A stretch of DNA of 64,000 nt from an uncultured Gammaproteobacteria bacterium (GTDB lineage Bacteria; Patescibacteriota; Microgenomatia; Daviesbacterales; UBA10151), in NCBI GenBank assembly GCA_964523905.1, contig CAZFYQ010000002.1:2177-66176 (forward strand). The letters run 5' to 3'. The notes under the pieces were generated by a model that worked only from the letters and a program-made list of their open reading frames with translations, made no database searches and had not been told where the DNA came from. A program made the translations under genes and the position numbers. Below are positions 18,604 through 26,886 of this stretch, piece by piece; position 1 is the stretch's first letter; the number at the start of each line of letters is the position of its first letter.

Positions 18604-18669
18604 GACTACTTGTTATCCTCTTGGCCAGAACTCTTGACTTTCGGGTAAATTATGGGGTAAGGTAAATAT

Positions 18670-19497
18670 ATGGGTAAAAGCAAGAAAATTGTTGTTAAAG
18701 GCATAACAGTTACGGTAATACCTAATCAAACAAATGACTACATTTCCCTAACCGATATGTTAAAAGCCAAAGATGGAGACTTTTTTATCTCTGATTGGCT
18801 AAGAAATAGAAATACTGTAGAGTTTCTTGGTATTTGGGAAAGAGTTAACAATCCAAATTTTAATTACGGCGAATTTGCCATAATTAAAAGTCAGGCCGGA
18901 TTAAATAGCTATAAATTAAGTGTTAAAGAATGGGTAGAAAAAACTAAAGCCATTGGGTTAAGGGCTACCGCTGGTAAATACGGTGGAACATATGCTCATA
19001 AAGATATTGCCTTTGAATTTGGAATGTGGATTAGTCCTGAATTCAAGATTTATTTAATTAAAGAATTCCAAAGATTAAAAGAAGAAGAGAATGAACGATT
19101 GCGACTGGGTTGGGATTTAAAGCGAACTTTGGCGAAAGTTAATTATAAAATTCATACGGATGCAATTAAAGAACATTTAATTCCCAAGAAAATTAATAAA
19201 GAAGCAGAAACAATTATTTATGCCAGTGAGGCAGATGTTTTAAATGTAGCTTTATTCGGAATGACAGCTAAAAACTGGCGTGATGAAAATCCAAAGCAGG
19301 AGGGTAATGTAAGAGATTACGCTTCAATTGAACAGCTGATAGTTTTGACAAATCTAGAAGGAATAAATGCTGAATTTATCAGACAGGGCTTATCACAAGG
19401 TGAAAGACTAATAAAACTTAATGAAATTGCCATTTTCCAAATAAAATCTCTTCTTAATAATCCTACTATGAAAAAGTTAATTCAAAAAAGAAAATAA
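18670..19497 (+). CDS. KilA-N domain protein
   Basis: The N-terminal ~130 aa match the KilA-N domain (YISLTDMLKA, AGKYGGTYAHKDIAFEFGMWISPEF) found in phage and mobile-element proteins. Confidence 0.8.
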   Translation: MGKSKKIVVKGITVTVIPNQTNDYISLTDMLKAKDGDFFISDWLRNRNTVEFLGIWERVNNPNFNYGEFAIIKSQAGLNSYKLSVKEWVEKTKAIGLRATAGKYGGTYAHKDIAFEFGMWISPEFKIYLIKEFQRLKEEENERLRLGWDLKRTLAKVNYKIHTDAIKEHLIPKKINKEAETIIYASEADVLNVALFGMTAKNWRDENPKQEGNVRDYASIEQLIVLTNLEGINAEFIRQGLSQGERLIKLNEIAIFQIKSLLNNPTMKKLIQKRK

Positions 19498-19500
19498 CTC

Positions 19501-19526
19501 ATGTCCACATTGTATTTTCCCAAAAA
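19501..19526 (+). repeat. 26-bp direct repeat copy 1 (atgkccacattgtattttcccaaaaa)
   Basis: 25/26 identical to 20241-20266, and duplicates the first 8 codons of the DUF4258 gene. Confidence 0.8.
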
Positions 19527-19610
19527 CCCACCTAATTCTATTTTTAATTTCAAGCTTTTTTCTTACTTTTTTCTAAATAGATGTTGACAGTTAGTTGATA
19601 AAGTTTAACA

Positions 19611-19868
19611 ATGAAAGTATACTTTGTACCCATGCCAAAAGCTTTAAAAAAATATATTTCTCGAGATAAAGACATTCTGGGTGGAACACCTGTAATTTCT
19701 GGTACCAGAATCCCTATAGAACGAATCTATGAACTTATAAAACAAGGTGAGCCTTTGGAAAAACTGCAAGCTGATTACTCATGGGTAGATAAAAAGAAAA
19801 TTCAATTTGTAATTGCATATTTAATGGAAGCTGGACTTAATGAGTACAAGAAAGTCCAAAAAATATAA
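19611..19868 (+). CDS. DUF433 domain protein (antitoxin-like)
   Basis: ILGGTPVISGTRIPIERI matches the DUF433 core, and it overlaps the downstream DUF5615 gene. Confidence 0.75.
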   Translation: MKVYFVPMPKALKKYISRDKDILGGTPVISGTRIPIERIYELIKQGEPLEKLQADYSWVDKKKIQFVIAYLMEAGLNEYKKVQKI

Positions 19869-20229
19869 GTTGCTCCTTGATGAAGGGCTGCATCTGCCCA
19901 AGTCTTATCCGAAAACAAATCAATATTACGATTTAAAACATATTTCTCAGACTAAATTTAGAGCTAAACCGGATGCGGATATCTACCAATTGGCTGATAA
20001 TGAAAAAAGATTCCCGGTGGTATTTAACACAAAGGATTTCAAGCCCCTTATCTCAAAAAACAGAATGTCAGTCATTGCATTATCAACAAACTTAACAGAT
20101 AAGGAAGCTGATCTTAAAATATCAAAATCCTTAAGAGAATTATCTACTATGCAGGAAAAGGGATGTCTAATATCAATTAGTAAGACAGGAATTACGATCA
20201 AACTTTCTCAAAATACAGTGGAGAATTAA
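19840..20229 (+). CDS. DUF5615 (Mut7-C-like RNase fold) protein, toxin-like partner of DUF433
   Basis: N-terminal KLLLDEGLHLP and a C-terminal NTKDF motif. The DUF433-DUF5615 gene pair is widely conserved. Confidence 0.65.
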   Translation: MSTRKSKKYKLLLDEGLHLPKSYPKTNQYYDLKHISQTKFRAKPDADIYQLADNEKRFPVVFNTKDFKPLISKNRMSVIALSTNLTDKEADLKISKSLRELSTMQEKGCLISISKTGITIKLSQNTVEN

Positions 20230-20240
20230 AGATAACATAT

Positions 20241-20266
20241 ATGGCCACATTGTATTTTCCCAAAAA
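20241..20266 (+). repeat. 26-bp direct repeat copy 2
   Basis: See copy 1 at 19501-19526. Confidence 0.8.
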
Positions 20267-20477
20267 AACTAGAGAGGGGATGGTTAGAAAAGGCATTTCT
20301 GAAAGTGATATTGAAGATGTGTATGCCAGTGGGGAATACCATCAGGCAGGAGATTCGCATATGATGCTTAAAAGATATAAATCCCAAGGATTTGAAATTG
20401 GATTATATTATATTCCGGATGATCGCATTAGTGGCCGTAACGTAGTCATTGCCACTTGGAAAAGAAAAATTACCTAA
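20241..20477 (+). CDS. DUF4258-like small protein (toxin-like)
   Basis: 78 aa with an ..MVRKGISESDIEDV.. / ..VVIATWKR pattern typical of DUF4258. Its first 26 nt are duplicated at 19501. Confidence 0.5.
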   Translation: MATLYFPKKTREGMVRKGISESDIEDVYASGEYHQAGDSHMMLKRYKSQGFEIGLYYIPDDRISGRNVVIATWKRKIT

Positions 20478-20735
20478 TTAGCGATATTTTTTAGGTGTTA
20501 TTTTGAAAGGATTAGAGTACCCTTTTTTGCCAGTGAAGGGGTTTACATTTCCTTTCGTTGAAAAATTATCAAACTTGGTTTTATTTGGTGATGTTTTAAA
20601 ATGCGGTGTAACATAAGTACCTTTTTTTGTTGTATAGCCTCTAACTCTTTGCAAAGCTTGAGCGTTAGAAACTGAAGTTAAAGAAAAAGATAAAACTATC
20701 AAAAAGGCAATTAAATTGAAAATAAGTTTTCTCAC
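20478..20735 (-). CDS. Small secreted basic protein (85 aa, signal peptide)
   Basis: N-terminal hydrophobic signal ending in an AQA motif, followed by a Lys/Gly-rich mature region. Confidence 0.5.
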   Translation of the reverse strand: MRKLIFNLIAFLIVLSFSLTSVSNAQALQRVRGYTTKKGTYVTPHFKTSPNKTKFDNFSTKGNVNPFTGKKGYSNPFKITPKKYR

Positions 20736-20777
20736 AACAGGATTATAGCATGTATAAAATTCTGATATAATTTCGCT

Positions 20778-22379
20778 GTGAACCTAAAAAATATTTTCAA
20801 ATCTTTTAAAACAGTAGAGAATAAAAATAAAGTGGAAAAAATAGTTAATATCCCTAAACCAAAAGTCCCTGAAGCTTTATCAGAAAGTCCGAAAAAACCA
20901 GTTTTGGCTGATACTTTAGCCCAAAATATCACAGGCAAAGGGACTGTTTGGAAGTATCCACCACTCTCTCTTTTATCAGATAAAGTTGGTCCTCCAGCGG
21001 ATAGAGGAGACGTTAGAAAATCTGCTTCCACTATAGAAAAGGCCTTTGATTCATTCGGCATACAAGCCAGAGTAGCTGAAGTAAATGGTGGTCCGTCTGT
21101 AACGCAGTATGCCCTAGAAGTGGCATCGGGAACAAATATAGCCAAACTTATTAATTTCCAACAGGATATTGCTATGGCTTTGGCGTCCAGTACTGGGACT
21201 GTAAGAATAGAAGCTCCAATTCCTGGAAAATCTTTAGTAGGTATTGAAGTTCCAAACAGATCGTTGGAAATTGTAGGATTAAAACAGATTTTAGCATCGG
21301 ATGAAATGAGTAGACATAAATCAAAGCTGGCGGTAGCACTAGGTAGAGATTCTGCTTCTAGACCAATCGTAATGGATATAGATAAAATGCCATATCTTTT
21401 AATTGCTGGTACATCAGGTTCAGGAAAATCAGTATGTATCCATAGCCTAGTTGCATCATTGCTCTTTAGAAATTCACCTGATGAACTAAAGTTAATTCTA
21501 GTTGATCCTTCAAGGGTAGAATTGGGATTATATAACAGTGTCCCCCATCTCCTAACCCCAGTTATTACTGAACCAGAAAAAGCGGTCAGTGCCTTAAAAT
21601 GGATTATGGCAGAAATGGATAGAAGATATAAATTATTTCAAAGCGTTGGAGTGAGAAATATACAAGGATACAGCGATATAAGTGGTTACCAAGCTTTACC
21701 ATACGTTGTAATTTTCATTGATGACCCCGGTCTGCTCATTCAATTTGCCCCAGTTGAAATCGAAGATGCGCTAGTTCGTATAACCCAAATGGGAAGAGCA
21801 GTGGGAATACATTTAGTGATGACTACTCAACGACCCTCGATAGATGTTATATCAGGTTTAATCAAGGCTAAAATTCCAGGAAGAATATCGTTTCTTCTCC
21901 CGAGTATAACCGATTCTATGGTCATTCTTGATCAACCTGGAGCAGAGAAACTATTGGGAAGAGGAGATATGTTATTTTATCCTCCAGATGCATCAAAGCC
22001 GATGAGGATCCAGGGAATTTTTGTACAAGATTCTGAAATAAGTAATTTAACCAAATACTTGAAAGAATTCAGTAGTGTTCCACAATATACTGCGGAAGTA
22101 ACAGAGATGCCGGTAGGGAAGTGGAATCAAAAAGGCGGGGATGGGGGAGACAGAGATCAATTATTTGAAGAAGCAGTTAGAACTATTTGTCAGTATGATC
22201 GGGCTTCAGCATCCTTACTGCAACGAAGACTTAAAGTTGGCTATGCCAGAGCCGCTAGAATTCTAGACGAGTTAGAAGTAGCCGGAATTGTTGGTCCGGG
22301 TGAAGGATCAACACAAAGAGACGTACTTGTGAAGGATTCTGAAGAGTTTCTAAAGGATTTTAGTAATAAATCTAGATAA
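20778..22379 (+). CDS. ftsK: FtsK/SpoIIIE-family DNA translocase (motor + gamma domain; no N-terminal membrane domain in this ORF)
   Basis: Walker A GTSGSGKS, an FtsK alpha/beta region, and a C-terminal winged-helix gamma domain (LLQRRLKVGYARAARILDELE). GTG start. Confidence 0.85.
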   Translation: MNLKNIFKSFKTVENKNKVEKIVNIPKPKVPEALSESPKKPVLADTLAQNITGKGTVWKYPPLSLLSDKVGPPADRGDVRKSASTIEKAFDSFGIQARVAEVNGGPSVTQYALEVASGTNIAKLINFQQDIAMALASSTGTVRIEAPIPGKSLVGIEVPNRSLEIVGLKQILASDEMSRHKSKLAVALGRDSASRPIVMDIDKMPYLLIAGTSGSGKSVCIHSLVASLLFRNSPDELKLILVDPSRVELGLYNSVPHLLTPVITEPEKAVSALKWIMAEMDRRYKLFQSVGVRNIQGYSDISGYQALPYVVIFIDDPGLLIQFAPVEIEDALVRITQMGRAVGIHLVMTTQRPSIDVISGLIKAKIPGRISFLLPSITDSMVILDQPGAEKLLGRGDMLFYPPDASKPMRIQGIFVQDSEISNLTKYLKEFSSVPQYTAEVTEMPVGKWNQKGGDGGDRDQLFEEAVRTICQYDRASASLLQRRLKVGYARAARILDELEVAGIVGPGEGSTQRDVLVKDSEEFLKDFSNKSR

Positions 22380-22408
22380 TCCTTCAAGATGGTTGTATGA
22401 TTAAATGA

Positions 22409-22660
22409 GTGAAAAGATTCTTAATAACTTTGGTTTTAAGTGTTTTGGTATGGCTATCAAGTGGAATTATTCAGCTTCTAGTTCAAAAGGATGTCGTTTC
22501 AGGATTCTTTTCGTTTGGTGGATCGTGTGAAATAACCGGTTATCCTATTGCACTGTGTATTTCCAGTCACGACAATTTAATGTTTATTGTCTTGAGTATA
22601 ATCAATATTGCCTTTTGGTTTTGGCTAATCCATTTTCTTGGAAGACGACTTGTTAAATAA
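22409..22660 (+). CDS. Small membrane protein (83 aa)
   Basis: Two hydrophobic segments. Confidence 0.4.
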   Translation: MKRFLITLVLSVLVWLSSGIIQLLVQKDVVSGFFSFGGSCEITGYPIALCISSHDNLMFIVLSIINIAFWFWLIHFLGRRLVK

Positions 22661-25591
22661 TTGTTTAACTTCTCGAAAAACAAAAGTTCTAATTGGCATC
22701 AGAGTAAATCCTAATAGCAGTAAAGTTAGCATACCAATTCCGCCGGAAACTATTAGTAAACCATTGAAAGTTTGTTTAGAAGTATCTAATTCCTTCATCG
22801 CCAGATTATCCCTAATTTCTTGGTTTACCTGAGCAGGACTTTTAAAAGTCACTCCCAGAACTGCAGGAGTTACTGGGATAAAGCTGTAAAAGGGGTGTGT
22901 TGCCTGGCTCCTGGCAATTACCGGTTCCAGAGGAAAATTGGTGGGAATAACCGTCGGACTCAAAGTTGAAGAAACTGCAGTGGGGGTTGGTGAAGGAGTA
23001 GGAGTGGTAGTTGGATCAGGGGTGTGAGTGGGTGTTGGTGACGGAGTGGGCGCGGCAATATTAAAAGTAATAGTTTGGGGTACTTCCTGGTTACCGGATT
23101 TATCAGTAGACATTACCTGTAGGGTAGTAGTACCAGCAGTAGAAATTGTAAAAGGCGCAACATAAGTCTGCACTGTCACACCATTATCCAAACTGTATTC
23201 AGTTTTTAAAATACCTGATCCGCTATCAGTGCCAGTTAAAGTAACTATAACTAGACCAGTATAAAAACCAGAAGAGTCTTTAGTCCCGGTAATAACAACT
23301 TGGGTTACTGGAGCTGTAAAATCTGTGGCAGTTGTAGCACTGGTGGGTGGAATAGTATTGCCACCCTGGCTTAAGAATGGGGGAGTATCAGAGTTGGTAT
23401 CTAAAGTTAAATCAATCTCGCTATTATCCGGCAAAGGCAGATTTTGATAAGTACTGGTTTGAGAGATTTGATCAGTTTTATAAACTCGTACTTTTAGATT
23501 AGTGGTTTTTTTAGTGGTGGTGGACGTTTTTTTAGTGACTTTAGCTTTAACTTTAACACCTTTTTTAACAAAAGCTTGTTTAGTATTACCAGTACTGCTG
23601 CAAGTGACTCCGGGAATATTTTGTTCCAGCTGACCCTGAGCATTTTGACCACAATGATTGCCAGCATCATCATATAAATCTAAACTGCCATCATCTAAAG
23701 TTAATTGTTGGCCTTCTAAAACAATTTTCTGATCTTTAACCTGAGTTGGCAAAGAATTATCATCATTTAAGATAGATTTAACAGTTAACATGGCGGAGCC
23801 GGAAGCATTAACTAAATCAGTATGTCCTTGTTCCACATAGTAAATCTTGGTAGCTCCTGATAAGTCCTGAGTATCTGTTTTTAAAGACGCGCTATATAAA
23901 GGTACAGTATTATCACCGTTAACATAAATCTCATCGGTTTTAGGCAGTAAATTAATTGGCCAGGTGATCCACCAGGTTTCATCAATCTGGCCTAAGGTCG
24001 GTTGAGCAGTGCCGACTATTTCGTAAATTTTTACTCCGTTAGTTTGACTAGAAGTTGAATCCAAAACATTATGTAACTGCTCACCGAAATTATAGACAGT
24101 CATGTTATAGCCCAGATTCGTTAATAAAGTTTTAGTTTCCGAATAATTTAAAGCGCCGGAAAATTGGTTATTATCAATATCGCGATCATCACGGTATGGA
24201 TAAGGATGGTCGATATCAGAGTTATTGTATAAATCGAAATATTTTGTAGATGGAACCAAAGAAAATTGTGAAGGAAAATTCTGTATGACGTCTTTGACTT
24301 CAGTGCCATTAACACCGATATTGATAATTTTAAAATACCATCTACCCAATGGTTCACCGTAAACAATAGCTTTTATTGCAGAAGGTGCTCCTAAATGTGG
24401 AGTACCTAATTCTATCAATTTGTTAACCTTAGAGGCTTTGGTGGTATCGGTTATGTAGTTTCTGGCAATTAGACCACCCATAGAATGGGTCACCAGGTTA
24501 ACTTTGGTTTGCCCGGAAGCGGTTTTAGCAGATTCTATTAACTGATCCAAAGCTGTTTGGTTACTGCGGACATCTTTCCGCCAGTCATAATTAAATACAA
24601 AGTAATTTGTGCCTTTGGTATAACCCATTTGGGTAAAAAAGTTATCAATATCCCCATATCCAAAAGAAGTTAAATTGCCGGTTAAACCAATGGCCGCGCT
24701 TGATGTCACCCCATCCTGATTCATCCGTAGTACATCAAAATAATCATCATCCCCTAAAGCTGCTGCCTGATCCTGGTTAACCCAAATCTTTTCATTGTTG
24801 GTATAGCCGTGAGAAAAAATGCCGCCATGACCGTTATCCGTAGACCAGATAATATCCTGTGAGGCCTTCATTTCTGAGCCACCAATTCCGGGAATAAATA
24901 TCACTGGTAAGCGCGGTGGCGGCGGGGGAGGCGCATTATTATTTAATACAAAGTAGAGGTCATCTTTGGCTGTGGTAAAAATATTACAGCCGTTATTGCT
25001 GCTGGTTGATCCGTAAACATAAGAGGCAGGAGAGCAGATGCCATTATCAAAAGCGTAACGTACTCCCCCGCCTGTGAAGTAATCAGTACTTGGTTTACCA
25101 GAGTAGGTAGCTGAACCCAGTAGTAGTGCACCGGAGCCGGAATTGCTTTGGTTAGCATTAGATAGCTGGATTAGATAGCGATGTCCGGTAATGAAATTAT
25201 AATTTCGGCAGGAAAAATCAAGAGTGACATCCTCATAACCTGAAGGTAGCCCGGTGGTAGTAAAAGTGAGGCCGTTTAACGGGTCAGATGAGTTGGTAAC
25301 ACAAGCATAAACAAAGGAATTGTTGTTATCTTTATCAAAAATCCGGGAATTTAAAGCCGTAAAATTAAACTGATTAGTGTTAGGCCTGCTGGTAGAAACC
25401 CGGAAGGTAAAGTTTTGTAAAGTACCGGATAAATTATTGCCCAGTTCCTGAATTGATTCCCAGACATTTAAAGAAGAAGAATAGTCAGTGGTTTGTTGAG
25501 CAATGGTGACTGCTTCAACCGGCAAAATGGTAACTGTAAGAATTGTTACCACAAAGATTAGACCCTTAAGTAGAAAGATGGGCAGTTTCAC
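22625..25591 (-). CDS. Secreted/surface alpha/beta-hydrolase (lipase/PGAP1-like GHSMGG motif) with Ig-like domains, Pro/Thr-rich linker and C-terminal TM anchor
   Basis: Signal peptide, LVTHSMGGL (GxSxG), beta-rich repeats, a PTPSPTPT linker and a C-terminal hydrophobic helix. Confidence 0.7.
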   Translation of the reverse strand: MKLPIFLLKGLIFVVTILTVTILPVEAVTIAQQTTDYSSSLNVWESIQELGNNLSGTLQNFTFRVSTSRPNTNQFNFTALNSRIFDKDNNNSFVYACVTNSSDPLNGLTFTTTGLPSGYEDVTLDFSCRNYNFITGHRYLIQLSNANQSNSGSGALLLGSATYSGKPSTDYFTGGGVRYAFDNGICSPASYVYGSTSSNNGCNIFTTAKDDLYFVLNNNAPPPPPPRLPVIFIPGIGGSEMKASQDIIWSTDNGHGGIFSHGYTNNEKIWVNQDQAAALGDDDYFDVLRMNQDGVTSSAAIGLTGNLTSFGYGDIDNFFTQMGYTKGTNYFVFNYDWRKDVRSNQTALDQLIESAKTASGQTKVNLVTHSMGGLIARNYITDTTKASKVNKLIELGTPHLGAPSAIKAIVYGEPLGRWYFKIINIGVNGTEVKDVIQNFPSQFSLVPSTKYFDLYNNSDIDHPYPYRDDRDIDNNQFSGALNYSETKTLLTNLGYNMTVYNFGEQLHNVLDSTSSQTNGVKIYEIVGTAQPTLGQIDETWWITWPINLLPKTDEIYVNGDNTVPLYSASLKTDTQDLSGATKIYYVEQGHTDLVNASGSAMLTVKSILNDDNSLPTQVKDQKIVLEGQQLTLDDGSLDLYDDAGNHCGQNAQGQLEQNIPGVTCSSTGNTKQAFVKKGVKVKAKVTKKTSTTTKKTTNLKVRVYKTDQISQTSTYQNLPLPDNSEIDLTLDTNSDTPPFLSQGGNTIPPTSATTATDFTAPVTQVVITGTKDSSGFYTGLVIVTLTGTDSGSGILKTEYSLDNGVTVQTYVAPFTISTAGTTTLQVMSTDKSGNQEVPQTITFNIAAPTPSPTPTHTPDPTTTPTPSPTPTAVSSTLSPTVIPTNFPLEPVIARSQATHPFYSFIPVTPAVLGVTFKSPAQVNQEIRDNLAMKELDTSKQTFNGLLIVSGGIGMLTLLLLGFTLMPIRTFVFREVKQLFNKSSSKKMD

Positions 25592-25642
25592 TTTAGGCTT
25601 ACATAATTACTGTACCACTTTAGAGGAAAATGTGGTATAAAA

Positions 25643-26353
25643 GTGGGGATGTTTACTAACCAGAAAGTGTTAGCTTTAATTTTAATAGTTTTCCTAATTG
25701 GAGCAGCCGGTTATTTTACAGTTTCCAAGTTTAAAGCAGATGTGTCTGATGCCGGAGTGTCACCAACTCCCACTCCCCCTGCTCTAAGTTTTACCTTTAG
25801 CGCTAATTCCCAAACTCCGGCACCTGGCCAAACCGGACAAGCAGGTCAAACTCAACCTGCTCAATCACTGCCTTTGGAACATAACAAACATTTGGATAAA
25901 TTCCCCGGACTACTAGCCCCGGATGTGTTAGCCAATAAATCCGCCTTAATTCAAACTAAAAAGGGTAATATTTCTTTGCAGATTTATCCAGAGGCCACCA
26001 AAGCTGCTTCTAATTTTTTGCTGCTAGCTGCTAATGGATTTTATGATGGATTAACGTTTCATCGGGTGGAGGATTGGGTGGTACAGGGTGGGGACCCTGA
26101 TGGTACAGGACGCGGTGGGCCAGGATATCAGTTTGAAGATGAGCCGGTGACCAGATCATACACACAAGGGATTGTGGCCATGGCTAATGCCGGACCCAAT
26201 ACCAATGGCTCACAGTTTTTTATTTTGAAAAAAGATTATCCGCTGCCACCTAACTATACTATCTTTGGCAACGTGGTTTCCGGTATGGATGTGGTGTCTC
26301 AAATCGCCGTAGGTGATGTGATGCAAAAGGTGACAATACAAAACCTTAAATAG
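25643..26353 (+). CDS. ppiB: Peptidyl-prolyl cis-trans isomerase, cyclophilin type, membrane-anchored
   Basis: An FHRV...GGDP.GTG.GGPGY...ANAGPNTNGSQFFI cyclophilin core, with an N-terminal TM helix. Confidence 0.85.
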   Translation: MGMFTNQKVLALILIVFLIGAAGYFTVSKFKADVSDAGVSPTPTPPALSFTFSANSQTPAPGQTGQAGQTQPAQSLPLEHNKHLDKFPGLLAPDVLANKSALIQTKKGNISLQIYPEATKAASNFLLLAANGFYDGLTFHRVEDWVVQGGDPDGTGRGGPGYQFEDEPVTRSYTQGIVAMANAGPNTNGSQFFILKKDYPLPPNYTIFGNVVSGMDVVSQIAVGDVMQKVTIQNLK

Positions 26354-26379
26354 ATTCTTACGCTACGCTTCAGAATGAC
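26352..26379. repeat. Palindromic dispersed repeat, copy C (3' arm only: agattctt-acgctacgct-tcagaatgac)
   Basis: Near-identical to the 3' arm of the 58606-58691 element (agattctt-cgcttcgc-tcagaatgac). It starts at the ppiB stop codon. Confidence 0.6.
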
Positions 26380-26445
26380 AGGGGGGTACCACATCTTGTA
26401 TATTGACACTTCATGATATCAACATGTTATGTTAATATAGGTAAT

Positions 26446-26886
26446 GTGAAATGTCCTTTCTGTGCAAGCGATTTAAGCAAAGTAGTTGATAAAAGGTCAG
26501 TAACTGGACGGGGTGAAATCAGAAGACGAAGGCAGTGTCTTAAGTGTGATAAAAGATTTACCACGTATGAGTCTTTGGCTCAACTACAACTGGCGGTGCT
26601 AAAAAAAGACGGCACCAGACAGGCATTTGATGGGGAAAAGATTAGGAGAGGGTTAATTAGGGCTTTGGAAAAACGGCCGGGAATAGAAAAAGTGGGCACT
26701 ATTGTGGATCGGATTGAAGGTAGAATTAGGGCTAGAAGACTTAGTGAAATTGAGTCAGCCACTTTAGGAAAATGGGTGCTGTCAGAGCTGAAAAAATTGG
26801 ATGCGGTGGCATATCTTCGATATGTTAGTGTCTACCGATCTTTTGGAGACTTAAAAGACTTTAGTAAAGAATTAGAAACACTATGA
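26446..26886 (+). CDS. nrdR: Transcriptional repressor NrdR
   Basis: A zinc ribbon KCPFC...CLKC followed by an ATP-cone. GTG start chosen to give the canonical MKCPFC N-terminus; the ORF-track start is 26413. Confidence 0.85.
   Translation: MKCPFCASDLSKVVDKRSVTGRGEIRRRRQCLKCDKRFTTYESLAQLQLAVLKKDGTRQAFDGEKIRRGLIRALEKRPGIEKVGTIVDRIEGRIRARRLSEIESATLGKWVLSELKKLDAVAYLRYVSVYRSFGDLKDFSKELETL

Noticed and set aside
20732-21145. 137-aa ORF antisense to ftsK
   Set aside because: Embedded in the strongly supported ftsK CDS; spurious.
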